A stretch of 64,000 bases of DNA from Deltaproteobacteria bacterium (GCA_029933005.1 JAOZOY010000002.1:22694-86693), one strand, 5' to 3'. Positions 1 through 10,356 are shown, numbered from the stretch's first letter. Notes: a model not told the origin generated them from the letters alone. Made by a program: numbers and translations.

Positions 1-839
1 GTCTGGAAGAAATTATCGCTTTAATTCAGCATATCCCGCCGTTTCCCAAGGTCGCGATCCAGGTTATGGAGCGGCTCAAGGATCCCGATGTGCGGGCTGC
101 TCAGCTGGCCGAGGTCATCCAATATGATCTCTCCATCACGGCTAATGTGATCAAGATGTGCAATGCCGCCTACTTTGGCCTGCCTAGAAAGGTATCTTCC
201 CTTGACGATGCCTTGGTTGTTCTCGGCAATGAAACTTTAAAAGATATTATCATAGCCGGCAGCAGCGCCGGATTTTACAAGGGAGAGATCGGCGCGGGAT
301 ACATGCTTGAACAAGGTGAACTTTGGAAACATTCGGTAGCGGTTGCGATTATGGCCAGACTGCTGGTCCGGCATATAAAGGATGTTGACCCCGACAGCGC
401 CTTTACCGTTGGTCTGCTACACGACATTGGCAAACGGTTTTTGAGCAGTTTTGTCGCCGATGATTTTGCCCGGATCGTGGAGAAGGTTGATCGGGAAAAA
501 TGTTCCTTTGTTACGGCTGAGAAAAATTATCTGGGAATCAACCATGCCGATCTCGGCGCAATGATTCTGGAAAAATGGCAGTTTTCGCCGGAGCAGGTTG
601 AGGCGGTCAGGCGTCATCATGATTCCGATGCCCTGGAAAGGGATGAACTGACTGCCCTGGTAGCCCTGAGTAACGGCCTGGTGATTTCCATGGGGATCGG
701 TGTGGGAGTTGGTGGCCTAGCCACCGAGTTGCACGGTAAAGGGTTGAAGCGATTTGCAATAGGTTCCATGGAATTGCAGCTCTGTATGGCTGACTTGGTG
801 ATGGAGATGGAAGGGGCAGGGGAAATTTTTGATCTTTAA
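1..839 (+). CDS. HDOD-domain signalling protein, 5' end cut by window edge
   Basis: The frame of ORF 66..839 stays open back to base 3 (LEEIIALIQHIPPFPKVAIQVMERLKDP...), which is the usual start of an HDOD domain. HDIGK and RRHHD motifs follow. Stop TAA at 837-839. Confidence 0.8.
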   Translation, partial: LEEIIALIQHIPPFPKVAIQVMERLKDPDVRAAQLAEVIQYDLSITANVIKMCNAAYFGLPRKVSSLDDALVVLGNETLKDIIIAGSSAGFYKGEIGAGYMLEQGELWKHSVAVAIMARLLVRHIKDVDPDSAFTVGLLHDIGKRFLSSFVADDFARIVEKVDREKCSFVTAEKNYLGINHADLGAMILEKWQFSPEQVEAVRRHHDSDALERDELTALVALSNGLVISMGIGVGVGGLATELHGKGLKRFAIGSMELQLCMADLVMEMEGAGEIFDL

Positions 840-1889
<1,050 letters not shown>

Positions 1890-1936
1890 GGGCAGGGAAC
1901 AGGTGAACCGGGATCCAGTTTCAGACTTCAGCCTTT

Positions 1937-2109
1937 GTAAACGTTCACCAGCACCTCACGGAGTCTACGCTTACCTGACCTGCTCGAATAGCACCAGTAT
2001 GCTTCGCTGGCCCAGGTAAGCGAAGACTCCGAAAGAAAGAATCTAAGGCACTGGTAAACGTTTACAAGGAATGTGGTTCCCATAAATTAGTGATCCGGTG
2101 AACGGTTAC
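1937..2109. mobile_element. hairpin MITE copy A1 (GTAA-terminus superfamily)
   Basis: Termini are GTAAACGTTCACC and GGTGAACGGTTAC (12/13 inverted match). A perfect 8-bp direct repeat CAGCCTTT sits at 1929-1936 and 2110-2117. The interior is a long imperfect palindrome with apex AATAGCACCAGTATGCT. It is near-identical to 30569-30725. Confidence 0.75.
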
Positions 2110-2116
2110 CAGCCTT

Positions 2117-2638
2117 TTACCTACAACCTGCCACCTTTTTTTCCATCTCCAGCAGTTTTTTTTTAATTTCAACTCCGCCGCTGAAGCCGCCCAAGCTCTG
2201 ACTCCCAACCACTCTGTGGCAGGGAATGAGAAGAGGTAATGGATTGGCCCGACAGGCCTGACCTACGCCTCTGGCATAACCAATGGAGCCCAGTTGCCGT
2301 GCCAGCTCGCCATAGGTGCGAGTCTCTCCATAGGGGATCCTGCTGATAAGTTTCCAGACCTGTTTTTGAAATCTGGTCCCTTTGTCAAGAAAGGGTGAAT
2401 GGGGGGACGGGGCCAATGATGTTTTTTTGCCTGCAAGATAATCGTTGAATTTCTGGCAGAAACGGGAATTGTTCGGCGTAGTGGAAATGGAGGTAGTCCC
2501 CAGTTTTTCCAGGGCCTTGATATGTCTCTCTTCCTCAAAGGCCAAGTGGATGATCTTGTCTTCGGCTACAATCAAATAGATGGTTGTTCCCATGGAAAGG
2601 CAGGTTCCGGGCCGGATTTTTTTCACTTTGAACATCAC
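2117..2638 (-). CDS. ogt: methylated-DNA--protein-cysteine methyltransferase
   Basis: PCHRVV active-site motif and C-terminal Ada/Ogt-type fold signature (YGELA...GxAxxxNPxxxxIPCHRV). Confidence 0.85.
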   Translation of the reverse strand: MMFKVKKIRPGTCLSMGTTIYLIVAEDKIIHLAFEEERHIKALEKLGTTSISTTPNNSRFCQKFNDYLAGKKTSLAPSPHSPFLDKGTRFQKQVWKLISRIPYGETRTYGELARQLGSIGYARGVGQACRANPLPLLIPCHRVVGSQSLGGFSGGVEIKKKLLEMEKKVAGCR

Positions 2639-2800
2639 TTTTCATCGCCTGGTTATTACGTTATGTTGTTTTTTTTCAGAAAAACAGGAAGATATTGTTA
2701 AAATTTAAAGAAATATCTTGCTTTTTGTCGGCAAATTAATATATCCTTTAACATATTAATATCTCCCTTAAAATTATATAATTAAGCTGCATTCAGAACA

Positions 2801-3898
2801 ATGAGCAAGATGAAGACAAAATATTATTTTTTTCGAATGTTGATCATCTCCTTACTTGCCGCCCTGCTGGCCTTTCCTGCTGGTCTGTGTTTTGCCAAAG
2901 GATGGTCGGCTCCGCTTGATACCTGCCATAAACATTCTTCCGGGAAAAAACAGAAAAAGAACACGGTGTCAATTGTCTCGGGCGGACCATGTCTGGTTCA
3001 ATCCAAGTCCACAAAAAGGAGACCGAAATCTTCTCGTATTGTCTCTTCTTCCGCTTTCACAATTAATAAGAAAATTTCATCACGAAGCGCCATTGTCATG
3101 GATGCTCATACCGGCCGGGTTCTTTATTCTCAGGCCCCTGACCGGCCTGCCCAGCCTGCCAGCACTATCAAGATTTTGACCGGCCTGATTTCAATCCGGG
3201 CATTAAGAGATCAGGAGAAAGTGAAAGTCAGTAAAAAAGCCGCCGGCATGCCGCGATCCAAGATTTATCTTAAGCAGGGTAAATCATATGTCGTCGATGA
3301 TTTGATCAACGCGGTGCTTCTGTCCTCGGCCAATGACGCCAGTGTCGCCTTGGCCGAGAAAATTGCCGGATCAGAAAAAGCTTTTGCCAAAATTATGACT
3401 TACAAGGCAAAAGAACTGGGAGCCAATAGTACGATCTGTAAGACCGCCAGTGGTTTGACTTCACGGGGGCAGCAGTCTACGGTGCGTGATTTGGCCGTGA
3501 TTTTCTGTAAGGCCATGAAGGATGAAGAATTTGCCCGGCGCATCGGCAAAACCAAGGTCAGAACCCGATATGGCAAATTGTTACGAAATCACAACAAGGC
3601 CATGTGGCGGATTAAGGGTGCCGAAGGCGGTAAAACAGGGTATACCCGTGCAGCCCGGCAAACCTATGTAGGACAATTTTCACGCGGTGAAGATGCTATT
3701 GTCGTGGCTATCATGGGAAGTGAAACCATGTGGGATGACATTCATCATCTTGTGAAACACGGTTTTGCCAGAGAACAGCAGATCCGGCTGGCTTCCCTGG
3801 CCTCGGTCTCATCGGGATCAAATTCGAATCACGGCCGGTTCTCTTCGTCTTCTCAGCCGTCAGTACTTGACTCCACCAAGAAAAAAGCCAAATTATAA
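2801..3898 (+). CDS. D-alanyl-D-alanine carboxypeptidase (PBP5/6, peptidase S11 type)
   Basis: Signal/anchor at the N-terminus; SxxK (ASTIK), SxN (SSAND) and KTG (KTGYT) motifs in canonical order. Confidence 0.85.
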   Translation: MSKMKTKYYFFRMLIISLLAALLAFPAGLCFAKGWSAPLDTCHKHSSGKKQKKNTVSIVSGGPCLVQSKSTKRRPKSSRIVSSSAFTINKKISSRSAIVMDAHTGRVLYSQAPDRPAQPASTIKILTGLISIRALRDQEKVKVSKKAAGMPRSKIYLKQGKSYVVDDLINAVLLSSANDASVALAEKIAGSEKAFAKIMTYKAKELGANSTICKTASGLTSRGQQSTVRDLAVIFCKAMKDEEFARRIGKTKVRTRYGKLLRNHNKAMWRIKGAEGGKTGYTRAARQTYVGQFSRGEDAIVVAIMGSETMWDDIHHLVKHGFAREQQIRLASLASVSSGSNSNHGRFSSSSQPSVLDSTKKKAKL

Positions 3899-3909
3899 TC
3901 TGGTCGGGT

Positions 3910-4602
3910 ATGCCCTCCAAAAGCGTGTTGCGGGAAAAACTCGCGGTCGGCGTGGCTGACCGGCTTCCCGAACGTAGTGAGTGGGGTCGGATCGCCGAAA
4001 GGCTGCGCCGAACAGAGGCTTATCGTCAGTCACATTGGGTTTTTGTCGGGCCTGCCGATATTTTAAGTCAGATTCGCATCAATGTTCTCATGGACGGCAA
4101 GGAGTTGATCATGCCGTCTCCCGCCCTCAAGGAGGGGTTCTTCCTCTGCCGTCCAAGTGATATTCCATTTGTAAAACGAAGTTTTGCCGTCAGTTTTAAG
4201 GGGCTGGCTAAATTTGGCGAAAGGCTTAGTCTCGATGGTTTTGTCGGACTTGACATTGGTCTGTTTGTGGTGGATGCATTGGCTTGGGACCAGTTGGGGA
4301 ATCGTCTGGGGGATGGCATGGGTTTTTTTGATTTATCATGGGCTTTGCTGAAAACCCTGGGGGCCGTGTCAGGCCGTGCGTCCGTCTTTGGCGTGGGCGG
4401 GCAGGAACAGTGTGTTAATTTCCTTCCCGTTGATCCCTGGGACGTGAAGATGGACGGGGTGATCACGGAAGACGGGATTGATGTTTTTGCCAATGATCAG
4501 ATTGAAGGCACTCTCTTCTGGGAGCAGCTTTCTGCGAAACGGATCAGAAAGATGTCACTTCTTTGGAAACTTTCTGGCAATATCACTCCTTGTTCTTCCT
4601 GA
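3910..4602 (+). CDS. 5-formyltetrahydrofolate cyclo-ligase family protein
   Basis: N-terminal K..LR pattern, and a C-terminal VVDALAWDQLGNRLGDGMGFFD that matches the family pattern vPgvAFD..G.RlG.G.GyYD. Assigned from motif memory only. Confidence 0.55.
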   Translation: MPSKSVLREKLAVGVADRLPERSEWGRIAERLRRTEAYRQSHWVFVGPADILSQIRINVLMDGKELIMPSPALKEGFFLCRPSDIPFVKRSFAVSFKGLAKFGERLSLDGFVGLDIGLFVVDALAWDQLGNRLGDGMGFFDLSWALLKTLGAVSGRASVFGVGGQEQCVNFLPVDPWDVKMDGVITEDGIDVFANDQIEGTLFWEQLSAKRIRKMSLLWKLSGNITPCSS

Positions 4603-5473
4603 AAACAGGTTCCAGTTCGCACTGTTCGGCGTAACGGCCGATCTCCTCCTGAAATTCCCGCACGTAAGGGCAGTCCCAGACGGCCAGCAGTTTTTTTCTG
4701 GCCACAAAGGCCGGCAGGCTTTTGTCTTCGATATCTCTGTCCAGATTCGGCAGACGCTCAAGAACATAGGAAAAGATCTGCGGCCGTCGGCAGACATCAG
4801 GCCGCTTCGGATAAATCAGGCAACCACCGCTTGTCGGGTCCAGGTTGGGGCAGTGGTTGCGGCGGGGCAGAATCAGACTCCAGCCATGGAGCCAGTGGTA
4901 AAGAGCGGATTGTGTCTGGTAAAATGGACGCTTATTCCGGAGAAGAGGCGGTTCGCTATGGGATGTGGTCAGACGGGTTTCCGGGCTGTCTATTCTGTTC
5001 AGTTTAAAGAGTGATGCCTCTTCCGGCTGGAGCGGGATTTCAAAAAAATCCTGGTTGAGCGTATCATCGGGGCCAATGCAGCACAAGGTGCAGTTGCAGG
5101 GACGGCAGAGTTGACTGTTAATGGTTTCCAGTTCCCGCTTGACCACTTCCTGGGCCACCCAGCTGTCCAGAGCGTCAAGGGGATCCATTGGTTCGAGTTG
5201 TTCATTGAGCAGGATACGGGCCGGAGAACGGGGAGTCTTGATTCGTTCAAAGATCTCCAGAAGATCAAGATAGGGGAGGAGGTGAATTCCCGGTTTTTTA
5301 TAGGAAATTCCTCCTGTTTCCACCGGTTCGGTGAACTCATCCAGCAACGGCGCAAATGTATCAAAAGGCCCGGTGAGATAAAGCATCTGTGCCAGCCTGA
5401 CCAAGGGCAGGATCGGCTTTTTCAGTTGATCAAGCCCTTGTCCGCATTCATCAATCTGTTTTTGAGTCAGCAT
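4583..5473 (-). CDS. YkgJ/UPF0153-type cysteine-cluster (CxxCxxCC) protein
   Basis: CRPCNCTLCC cluster, followed later by GGCLIYPKRPDVCR, as in zinc/iron-chelating YkgJ-family proteins. Its 3' end overlaps the convergent 3910..4602 gene by 20 nt. Confidence 0.5.
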   Translation of the reverse strand: MLTQKQIDECGQGLDQLKKPILPLVRLAQMLYLTGPFDTFAPLLDEFTEPVETGGISYKKPGIHLLPYLDLLEIFERIKTPRSPARILLNEQLEPMDPLDALDSWVAQEVVKRELETINSQLCRPCNCTLCCIGPDDTLNQDFFEIPLQPEEASLFKLNRIDSPETRLTTSHSEPPLLRNKRPFYQTQSALYHWLHGWSLILPRRNHCPNLDPTSGGCLIYPKRPDVCRRPQIFSYVLERLPNLDRDIEDKSLPAFVARKKLLAVWDCPYVREFQEEIGRYAEQCELEPVFRKNKE

Positions 5474-5560
5474 GTGGATAGATAACGATTTTTTCGCTGA
5501 ATTGCAAGGGTAACAGGGGGTTGGTCTCTTGACCGTTTGAGCTGGAGTGAGTAGTATTGG

Positions 5561-5609
5561 CTTATGGCTTATGGCTTATGGCTTATGGCTCATGGCTCAT
5601 GGCTCATGG
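5561..5609. repeat. heptanucleotide tandem repeat (CTTATGG)x4 (CTCATGG)x3
   Basis: Seven perfect head-to-tail 7-nt units read directly from the sequence. They lie 38 nt upstream of the tatC ATG, in the divergent intergenic region. Confidence 0.95.
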
Positions 5610-5646
5610 CGAAAAAAAACTGCTATCAACCAATCAACAGTGAACA

Positions 5647-6416
5647 ATGGAAAATCTGGAACAACAGGGCCTGAGCGAACATCTGCGTGACCTGCGTCGC
5701 TGTTTGATCATTTCACTGATAGCCGTGGGCGTCTGCTTTACCCTCTCATATCCTTTTTCCAAGGAACTCGGCGTCTGGTTTTTTAAACCTCTGGTTGCTG
5801 TTCTGCCCCAAGGGTCAAGCCTGATTTTTATATCATACCAGGAGGCCTTTTTTTTTATCTGAAATTAGCCCTGGTGAGCGCCATATTGCTGGCCAGCCCG
5901 GTGATTTTCTGGCAGGTCTGGTCTTTTGTTGCCCCAGGTCTGTATCTGCATGAAAGACGGCTTGTCCTGCCTTTTTCTTTTCTTTCCTCGTTCTGTTTTC
6001 TTGGTGGCGCGGCTTTTGGTTATTATGTTGTTTTCCCTCCGGCCTTTCGTTTTTTGATGGGCTATTCCACTGAATATCTTACCGCTCTTCCTACGGTTAA
6101 AGAGTATTTCTCCCTCAGTCTGCGGCTGCTCATCGCCTTTGGCGTTATCTTTGAAATGCCGATTTTCATGGTGCTGCTGGCCAAAATCGGTATTGTCGAC
6201 GCCCCTTTTCTTCGGAATCACCGTAAGTACGCCTTTCTGCTTTCCTTTATCGTTGCCGCCATCCTTACTCCCACTCCGGATATTGTCAACCAGCTGCTCA
6301 TGGCCGGTCCGTTGGTCATTCTTTATGAGGTGAGTATCGGTGCGGTCTGGTTGTTCGGCCGCAAGAAGTTGGCCGGGTTTGAGGCCGAAGAACAGGACGG
6401 TGGGGAAGAATTATAA
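5647..6416 (+). pseudogene. tatC: twin-arginine translocase subunit TatC, reading frame broken in a T9 tract
   Basis: ORFs 5647..5862 and 5874..6416 are the N- and C-terminal parts of one TatC (PLVAVLPQGSSLI...QEAFFF | YLKLALVSAILLASPVIFWQVWSFVAPGLYLHERRLVLP). A -1 shift, or one extra T, in the T9 run 5848-5856 joins them. Confidence 0.85.
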
Positions 6417-6424
6417 GATTTAAA

Positions 6425-6611
6425 ATTGTTCAGGAGTATCCCGTTTCGGCCTTCTTGAATAGCACAAGTGCGGAGTCTCTGCTTTGCTACGCTTACCGTT
6501 CGAAGGCCAGGGAGCGAGGAACGAGACTCCGAATGAATCAATATGGAGCACTCCTGAACTGCCACAGGATTTAATAGTTAGGTAAATTTGGTGGCCCACC
6601 TGAATAGTTAC
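6425..6611. mobile_element. composite hairpin MITE (A5 + C1)
   Basis: 5' end ATTGTTCAGGAGT, 3' end CCTGAATAGTTAC. Flanked by GATTTAAA (6417-6424) and GATTTAAT (6612-6619), a 7/8 match with an ambiguous boundary. Internal stems are ttcaggagt/actcctgaa and cggagtctc/gagactccg. Confidence 0.5.
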
Positions 6612-6718
6612 GATTTAATTTTATTTCAACGGGTGGGAAAAAGAGAGGGCCGCAAGTTAAGAATCAACAATGTTCAACAGTTATATTTTGACTGCTGTGG
6701 AAGCCCTGGAGAAGTCCT

Positions 6719-7156
6719 TCAGGCATACCTGCGGCAGAAACGGGGGGCGGTTTTTCTGTGGGAGCGGTAATTGAGCAGGTTTTTTTTACCTTTATTGAGA
6801 TCTTTCAGCCTGGTGTCAATTTCTTTATGGCGCTCAGATATCTGTTTTGAGAGCTGCCGGTCGATTTCTTTGAGTTCTTTTCTATAAGAAACGAGGAGTC
6901 TGGCTTGGAGGGCCGGATTGTTTTTTTCGTCTTTTGGCTCGTGGCTTACAAAGGTTGTTTCTTTTTTCAGTAATAGCTGCAGGAGGGAGAATGTTTCCTC
7001 TCTGGCCTGGCTGAACGAGATTATTTCTTCGTTTTTCGGGACCCGGGTTTGAACCGTGAGCAGAAAGTCAGCGCTCATTCGTAGTATTTTTTCAAAAAGA
7101 GCAATAACTGTCATTGCCGGATGAGCGTCATTGTTTAGGGAATCTGTTTCAGGCAT
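6719..7156 (-). CDS. hypothetical helical protein directly downstream of fliD (possible flagellar chaperone)
   Basis: The start abuts the fliD stop and the C-terminal half is predicted coiled-coil. There is no recognisable motif, so the function is inferred from position only. Confidence 0.4.
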   Translation of the reverse strand: MPETDSLNNDAHPAMTVIALFEKILRMSADFLLTVQTRVPKNEEIISFSQAREETFSLLQLLLKKETTFVSHEPKDEKNNPALQARLLVSYRKELKEIDRQLSKQISERHKEIDTRLKDLNKGKKNLLNYRSHRKTAPRFCRRYA

Positions 7157-7157
7157 G

Positions 7158-8528
7158 TTATTCGTTGCCCCACATTTTTTCTATGTTCGAAAAAGCACCT
7201 TCCAGGTAAGAGCCCTGGCTCTGGAGGCTGCTCATCAGCTTGTCAAGTTCAATAAATTGCATCTGCAGAATTTTGTAACGGGCATCTATTCTCTGGTTCG
7301 CCTTTTCAATGTCTTCGTCAAGCTGGTCAATTCTCTGCTCGATGTTACCGGACTCAGAAGCAATAAGTCCGGTGGAAGGGCTGGTGATGAATTGAAGTTG
7401 ATCATTGAGTTTTTCCGCTATTCCTTCAACATCTGCTTCCGGGTCGCCGATAAGCAGCAACTTGACATCATCTATGTTGTCATTTAAGGCCGCATCGAGA
7501 ATTGTTTCGTCAAAGGACAGCGTGCCGTCTCGTTCAAAGGTCAGACCAATGTCTACCAGAGATGTGTATTGGCTGTCTAAGCCGCTGATTGGCGAGGTGA
7601 ACATCTGATTAAGCGTGTTGACCATGCTCTTAAAGTAGTTGGCCCCGAATAATGAGCCGCCGATACCGGTTTCGGGGTTATAGGTGCTGTTTGTTTTTAT
7701 TTCCTGGGTTGTTTCATTATAGACTGTTACCAGTTCTAATAGTTTTTCTTTCACCCCGGAACTGTCCGCTTTGGTTGTAACGCTGGCAATTCCAGTGCCG
7801 GTAAGGTTAAGGGTAACTCCCGTCAGGATGTCGTCTATGCTGTTGTTGCTGCGCTGGTAGTCAATGCCGTTAATGTTAACAAGGGCATTAAGTGTACCGG
7901 CGGCCTGCTTTTCGGTCAGGGTGATATCAGTGTCATTGGTGTCGATGGTGATGGCATTGGCTTCACCTGTCTCGTTTGAAACAAGCACCAGGTGAAAGGC
8001 GTCCGTGCCGGTGCCGTCATCCATGACAACGGCAATCACTCCGGGATTGTTTGCATCTTCATTAATCGCATCGGCCAGGCTCTGCAGGGTTGTGGAGGCA
8101 GTGATGTCCACTGAAGTCTGTTGACCGTCAACAGTATAAGTGAAGCTGCCGACGCTACTGGCTATAGCACTTGTCGGGGCGGAGACGCCCGATGATTGCC
8201 AGGAGTTTTTTTTCGCCAGGCTGGTGACCGTGATTTCATACGTTCCCGTGGAGGCGATGCTTGAAGCTTCCGCCTGAATAATGTCTTCTCGTGAGGATGA
8301 GATTTCCCGGGTGTCAAAGGTGTCATTCAGGGTGAGATCGAAGGCCAGGTTTTTTAAAGCCAGACATTTGCCGTTTACGGTTTCATACTCGGCAAGCTGG
8401 TCTTTATACTGGAGTTGCCTGGCTTCCATGTTGGCAATGGGAATGGTGTCGGCAGCCTTGAGTTTCTCCAGGATTCCCTGGAGATCAAGGCCGGAGCCCA
8501 GGCCAAGCGTGGATATGGAACCTGCCAT
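7158..8528 (-). CDS. fliD: flagellar filament capping protein FliD
   Basis: N-terminal ISTLGLGSGLDLQGILEKL, and C-terminal FliD-type heptads (RIDARYKILQMQFIELDKLMSSLQSQ). Confidence 0.9.
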   Translation of the reverse strand: MAGSISTLGLGSGLDLQGILEKLKAADTIPIANMEARQLQYKDQLAEYETVNGKCLALKNLAFDLTLNDTFDTREISSSREDIIQAEASSIASTGTYEITVTSLAKKNSWQSSGVSAPTSAIASSVGSFTYTVDGQQTSVDITASTTLQSLADAINEDANNPGVIAVVMDDGTGTDAFHLVLVSNETGEANAITIDTNDTDITLTEKQAAGTLNALVNINGIDYQRSNNSIDDILTGVTLNLTGTGIASVTTKADSSGVKEKLLELVTVYNETTQEIKTNSTYNPETGIGGSLFGANYFKSMVNTLNQMFTSPISGLDSQYTSLVDIGLTFERDGTLSFDETILDAALNDNIDDVKLLLIGDPEADVEGIAEKLNDQLQFITSPSTGLIASESGNIEQRIDQLDEDIEKANQRIDARYKILQMQFIELDKLMSSLQSQGSYLEGAFSNIEKMWGNE

Positions 8529-8568
8529 GATGCTTTCTCCCCTGTTTGGTGAAAGATGAAGGAAAAAT

Positions 8569-8677
8569 GTAACTATTCAGCTGCACTTCATCTACGCATG
8601 AGCAGGCAGTCTTAATATAGCACCAGTATGCTGCGCCAGTCTGCTTGCACGTATTTAAAGCACATCTGAATAGTTAG
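8569..8677. mobile_element. hairpin MITE copy A4 in the fliD-fliC spacer
   Basis: Termini are GTAACTATTCAG and CTGAATAGTTAG. A perfect 8-bp direct repeat GGAAAAAT sits at 8561-8568 and 8678-8685. Apex is ATATAGCACCAGTATGCTGCG. Confidence 0.75.
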
Positions 8678-8726
8678 GGAAAAATTAAACGTCCTCCCCT
8701 GGCGAGAAGGGCGTTTGGTTTTATTG

Positions 8727-10181
8727 TTACTGCAGCAGGGACAGTACGTTCTGCTGAACAGCATTGGACTGGGCCATGGCGAATGAACCGGCCTGGGCCA
8801 GGATTTGGTATTTGGCAAAGGTCGCGCTTTCTTCGGCAAAGTCAACGTCGCGAATCGCGGATTCGGCTGCGTAGATGTTAACTCGGGTAACTGAAATATT
8901 TCGTACGGTGGACTCGATTTGATTTTGAGAAGAACCGAGACCGGAACGAATGGTACCCAATTGTGCAAGAGCATGATCTGCTTTTCTGATCGACAACTCA
9001 GCTGCATCGCGAGTAGTTACGTCTACGGATGCCAAGGAATTTCCTGTTGTGATTGTTCCGTCAGTAAGACCTGCGACATCTGATGCCGTTCCGGCAATAA
9101 TGATGGCTTTGTCGGATTCGAGAGTGATAACGCCTTGATTCTGGATAGCTAATGCCCCAGCTGAAGCATCATTAACAGAAGCATTTGTTATGCCGAGTGA
9201 TGTAGCATCTCCCGCAGCCAAGGCTCCAGTGCCATCGGCGGCTGAGCTTAAATAAATATTTTGGCCATCTTCAGAAGAAAACTCAATCTTGCCGCCTTCG
9301 ACAACGGAAGCTGAGACGCCTGTTTGGTCAGAAATTTTATTTACCGCTGCAACCAGTGTGCCGGTTGAGTCTTGGGCGCTGAAGGTAACATCTCCAAGAT
9401 CGATACCATTAATATAGACATCCCCGGCCGAAAAGGTGCCGCCTGCAATATCTGCGGCTCCGACAACACTCGTAGAAGCGGTTGCGGTAACTCCAGTCTG
9501 TGACTGCACTGAGTTGACGGCATTCATTTTTACCCATGCGGAATCAAGCTCTTGAGCCAGCGCGTTATCTGTTCCTACAACTCCGGCACCAGTGTCAACA
9601 CCATTAATCGTAAGTGCCCCGGAGATTAAGTCAGTGGTTGTTACAGTAGTGCCGGTCTCATAGGCAAATTTGCCCATTGCGTTTGTTCTGGCACTGTCAA
9701 TAGAAACAGAAACCGTTTCGTTAGCGTAGGCGCCGACATGAAAATTCTTATCGACGTATGAACCGTCAAGAAGATTTAAGCCGTTAAATGCAGTGGTTTT
9801 TGCGATGTTGTCGGCTTGTTCTATTAATTTTGAAATATCAGCCTGAATTGCAAGCCGAGACGTTGTGTTCTGGCCGTCAGATGAGGCCTGGATGGATTTG
9901 GTGCGGACGGTGTTGATAATATTAATGTATTCTTCCAGTGCGCCGTCCGCCACCTGGACCACGGCAATACCATCATTGCCATTTTTAATCGCTTGTCCAA
10001 GGCCAAGGGCCTGTGCTTTGAGTGAGTCGGCAATGGCCATGCCTGATGCATCGTCGGCAGCCCTGTTGATTCGCAGGCCTGATGATAATCTCTCAAGCGA
10101 TCTGCTCAACTTACTATCGGTGTTGATCATGTTTTTATGTGCATTCAACGCCGAAATATTGGTGTTTATTCTAAGACTCAT
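8727..10181 (-). CDS. fliC: flagellin
   Basis: Conserved N-terminus (MSLRINTNISALNAHKNM) and C-terminus (QILAQAGSFAMAQSNAVQQNVLSLLQ). ATG at 10181 is preceded by GGAGG. The 35-codon upstream extension in the ORF track is not flagellin-like. Confidence 0.9.
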   Translation of the reverse strand: MSLRINTNISALNAHKNMINTDSKLSRSLERLSSGLRINRAADDASGMAIADSLKAQALGLGQAIKNGNDGIAVVQVADGALEEYINIINTVRTKSIQASSDGQNTTSRLAIQADISKLIEQADNIAKTTAFNGLNLLDGSYVDKNFHVGAYANETVSVSIDSARTNAMGKFAYETGTTVTTTDLISGALTINGVDTGAGVVGTDNALAQELDSAWVKMNAVNSVQSQTGVTATASTSVVGAADIAGGTFSAGDVYINGIDLGDVTFSAQDSTGTLVAAVNKISDQTGVSASVVEGGKIEFSSEDGQNIYLSSAADGTGALAAGDATSLGITNASVNDASAGALAIQNQGVITLESDKAIIIAGTASDVAGLTDGTITTGNSLASVDVTTRDAAELSIRKADHALAQLGTIRSGLGSSQNQIESTVRNISVTRVNIYAAESAIRDVDFAEESATFAKYQILAQAGSFAMAQSNAVQQNVLSLLQ

Positions 10182-10221
10182 TGGATAACCTCCATGTTTT
10201 TGGTAATGATTCGTGCCGGCA

Positions 10222-10233
10222 GGCATCCGTGCC
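10222..10233 (-). promoter_or_regulatory. candidate CsrA-binding hairpin in the fliC leader
   Basis: The minus strand reads GGCACGGAUGCC: stem GGCA/UGCC with the GGA motif in the loop. A second GGA lies in the SD region (ACAUGGAGGUU). Confidence 0.35.
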
Positions 10234-10329
10234 CGCCAGGCTTTATTGTTGATTGTTGGAAAAGGCGGTCCGTTTGTTTTTTTCACCCCCTTTCTTTATT
10301 TAAGGACTGTAATTTGCCTTCCATGGTAG

Positions 10330-10356
10330 TTATCGACATTGCTTCTTGTTTCCTTA
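10330..10356 (-). promoter_or_regulatory. sigma-28-like promoter for fliC
   Basis: The minus strand reads TAAG-N15-GTCGATAA, against consensus TAAA-N15-GCCGATAA. It lies about 150 nt upstream of the fliC ATG. Confidence 0.4.

Noticed and set aside
5647-6416. Treating 5647..5862 and 5874..6416 as two separate small genes
   Set aside because: Together they reconstitute a collinear TatC, so this is one gene with a frameshift in a T9 run.
10182-10286. 35-codon N-terminal extension of flagellin in the ORF track
   Set aside because: The conserved flagellin N-terminus (MSLRINTN) starts at ATG 10181 with a GGAGG just upstream. The extension overlaps the predicted leader and CsrA-type hairpin.
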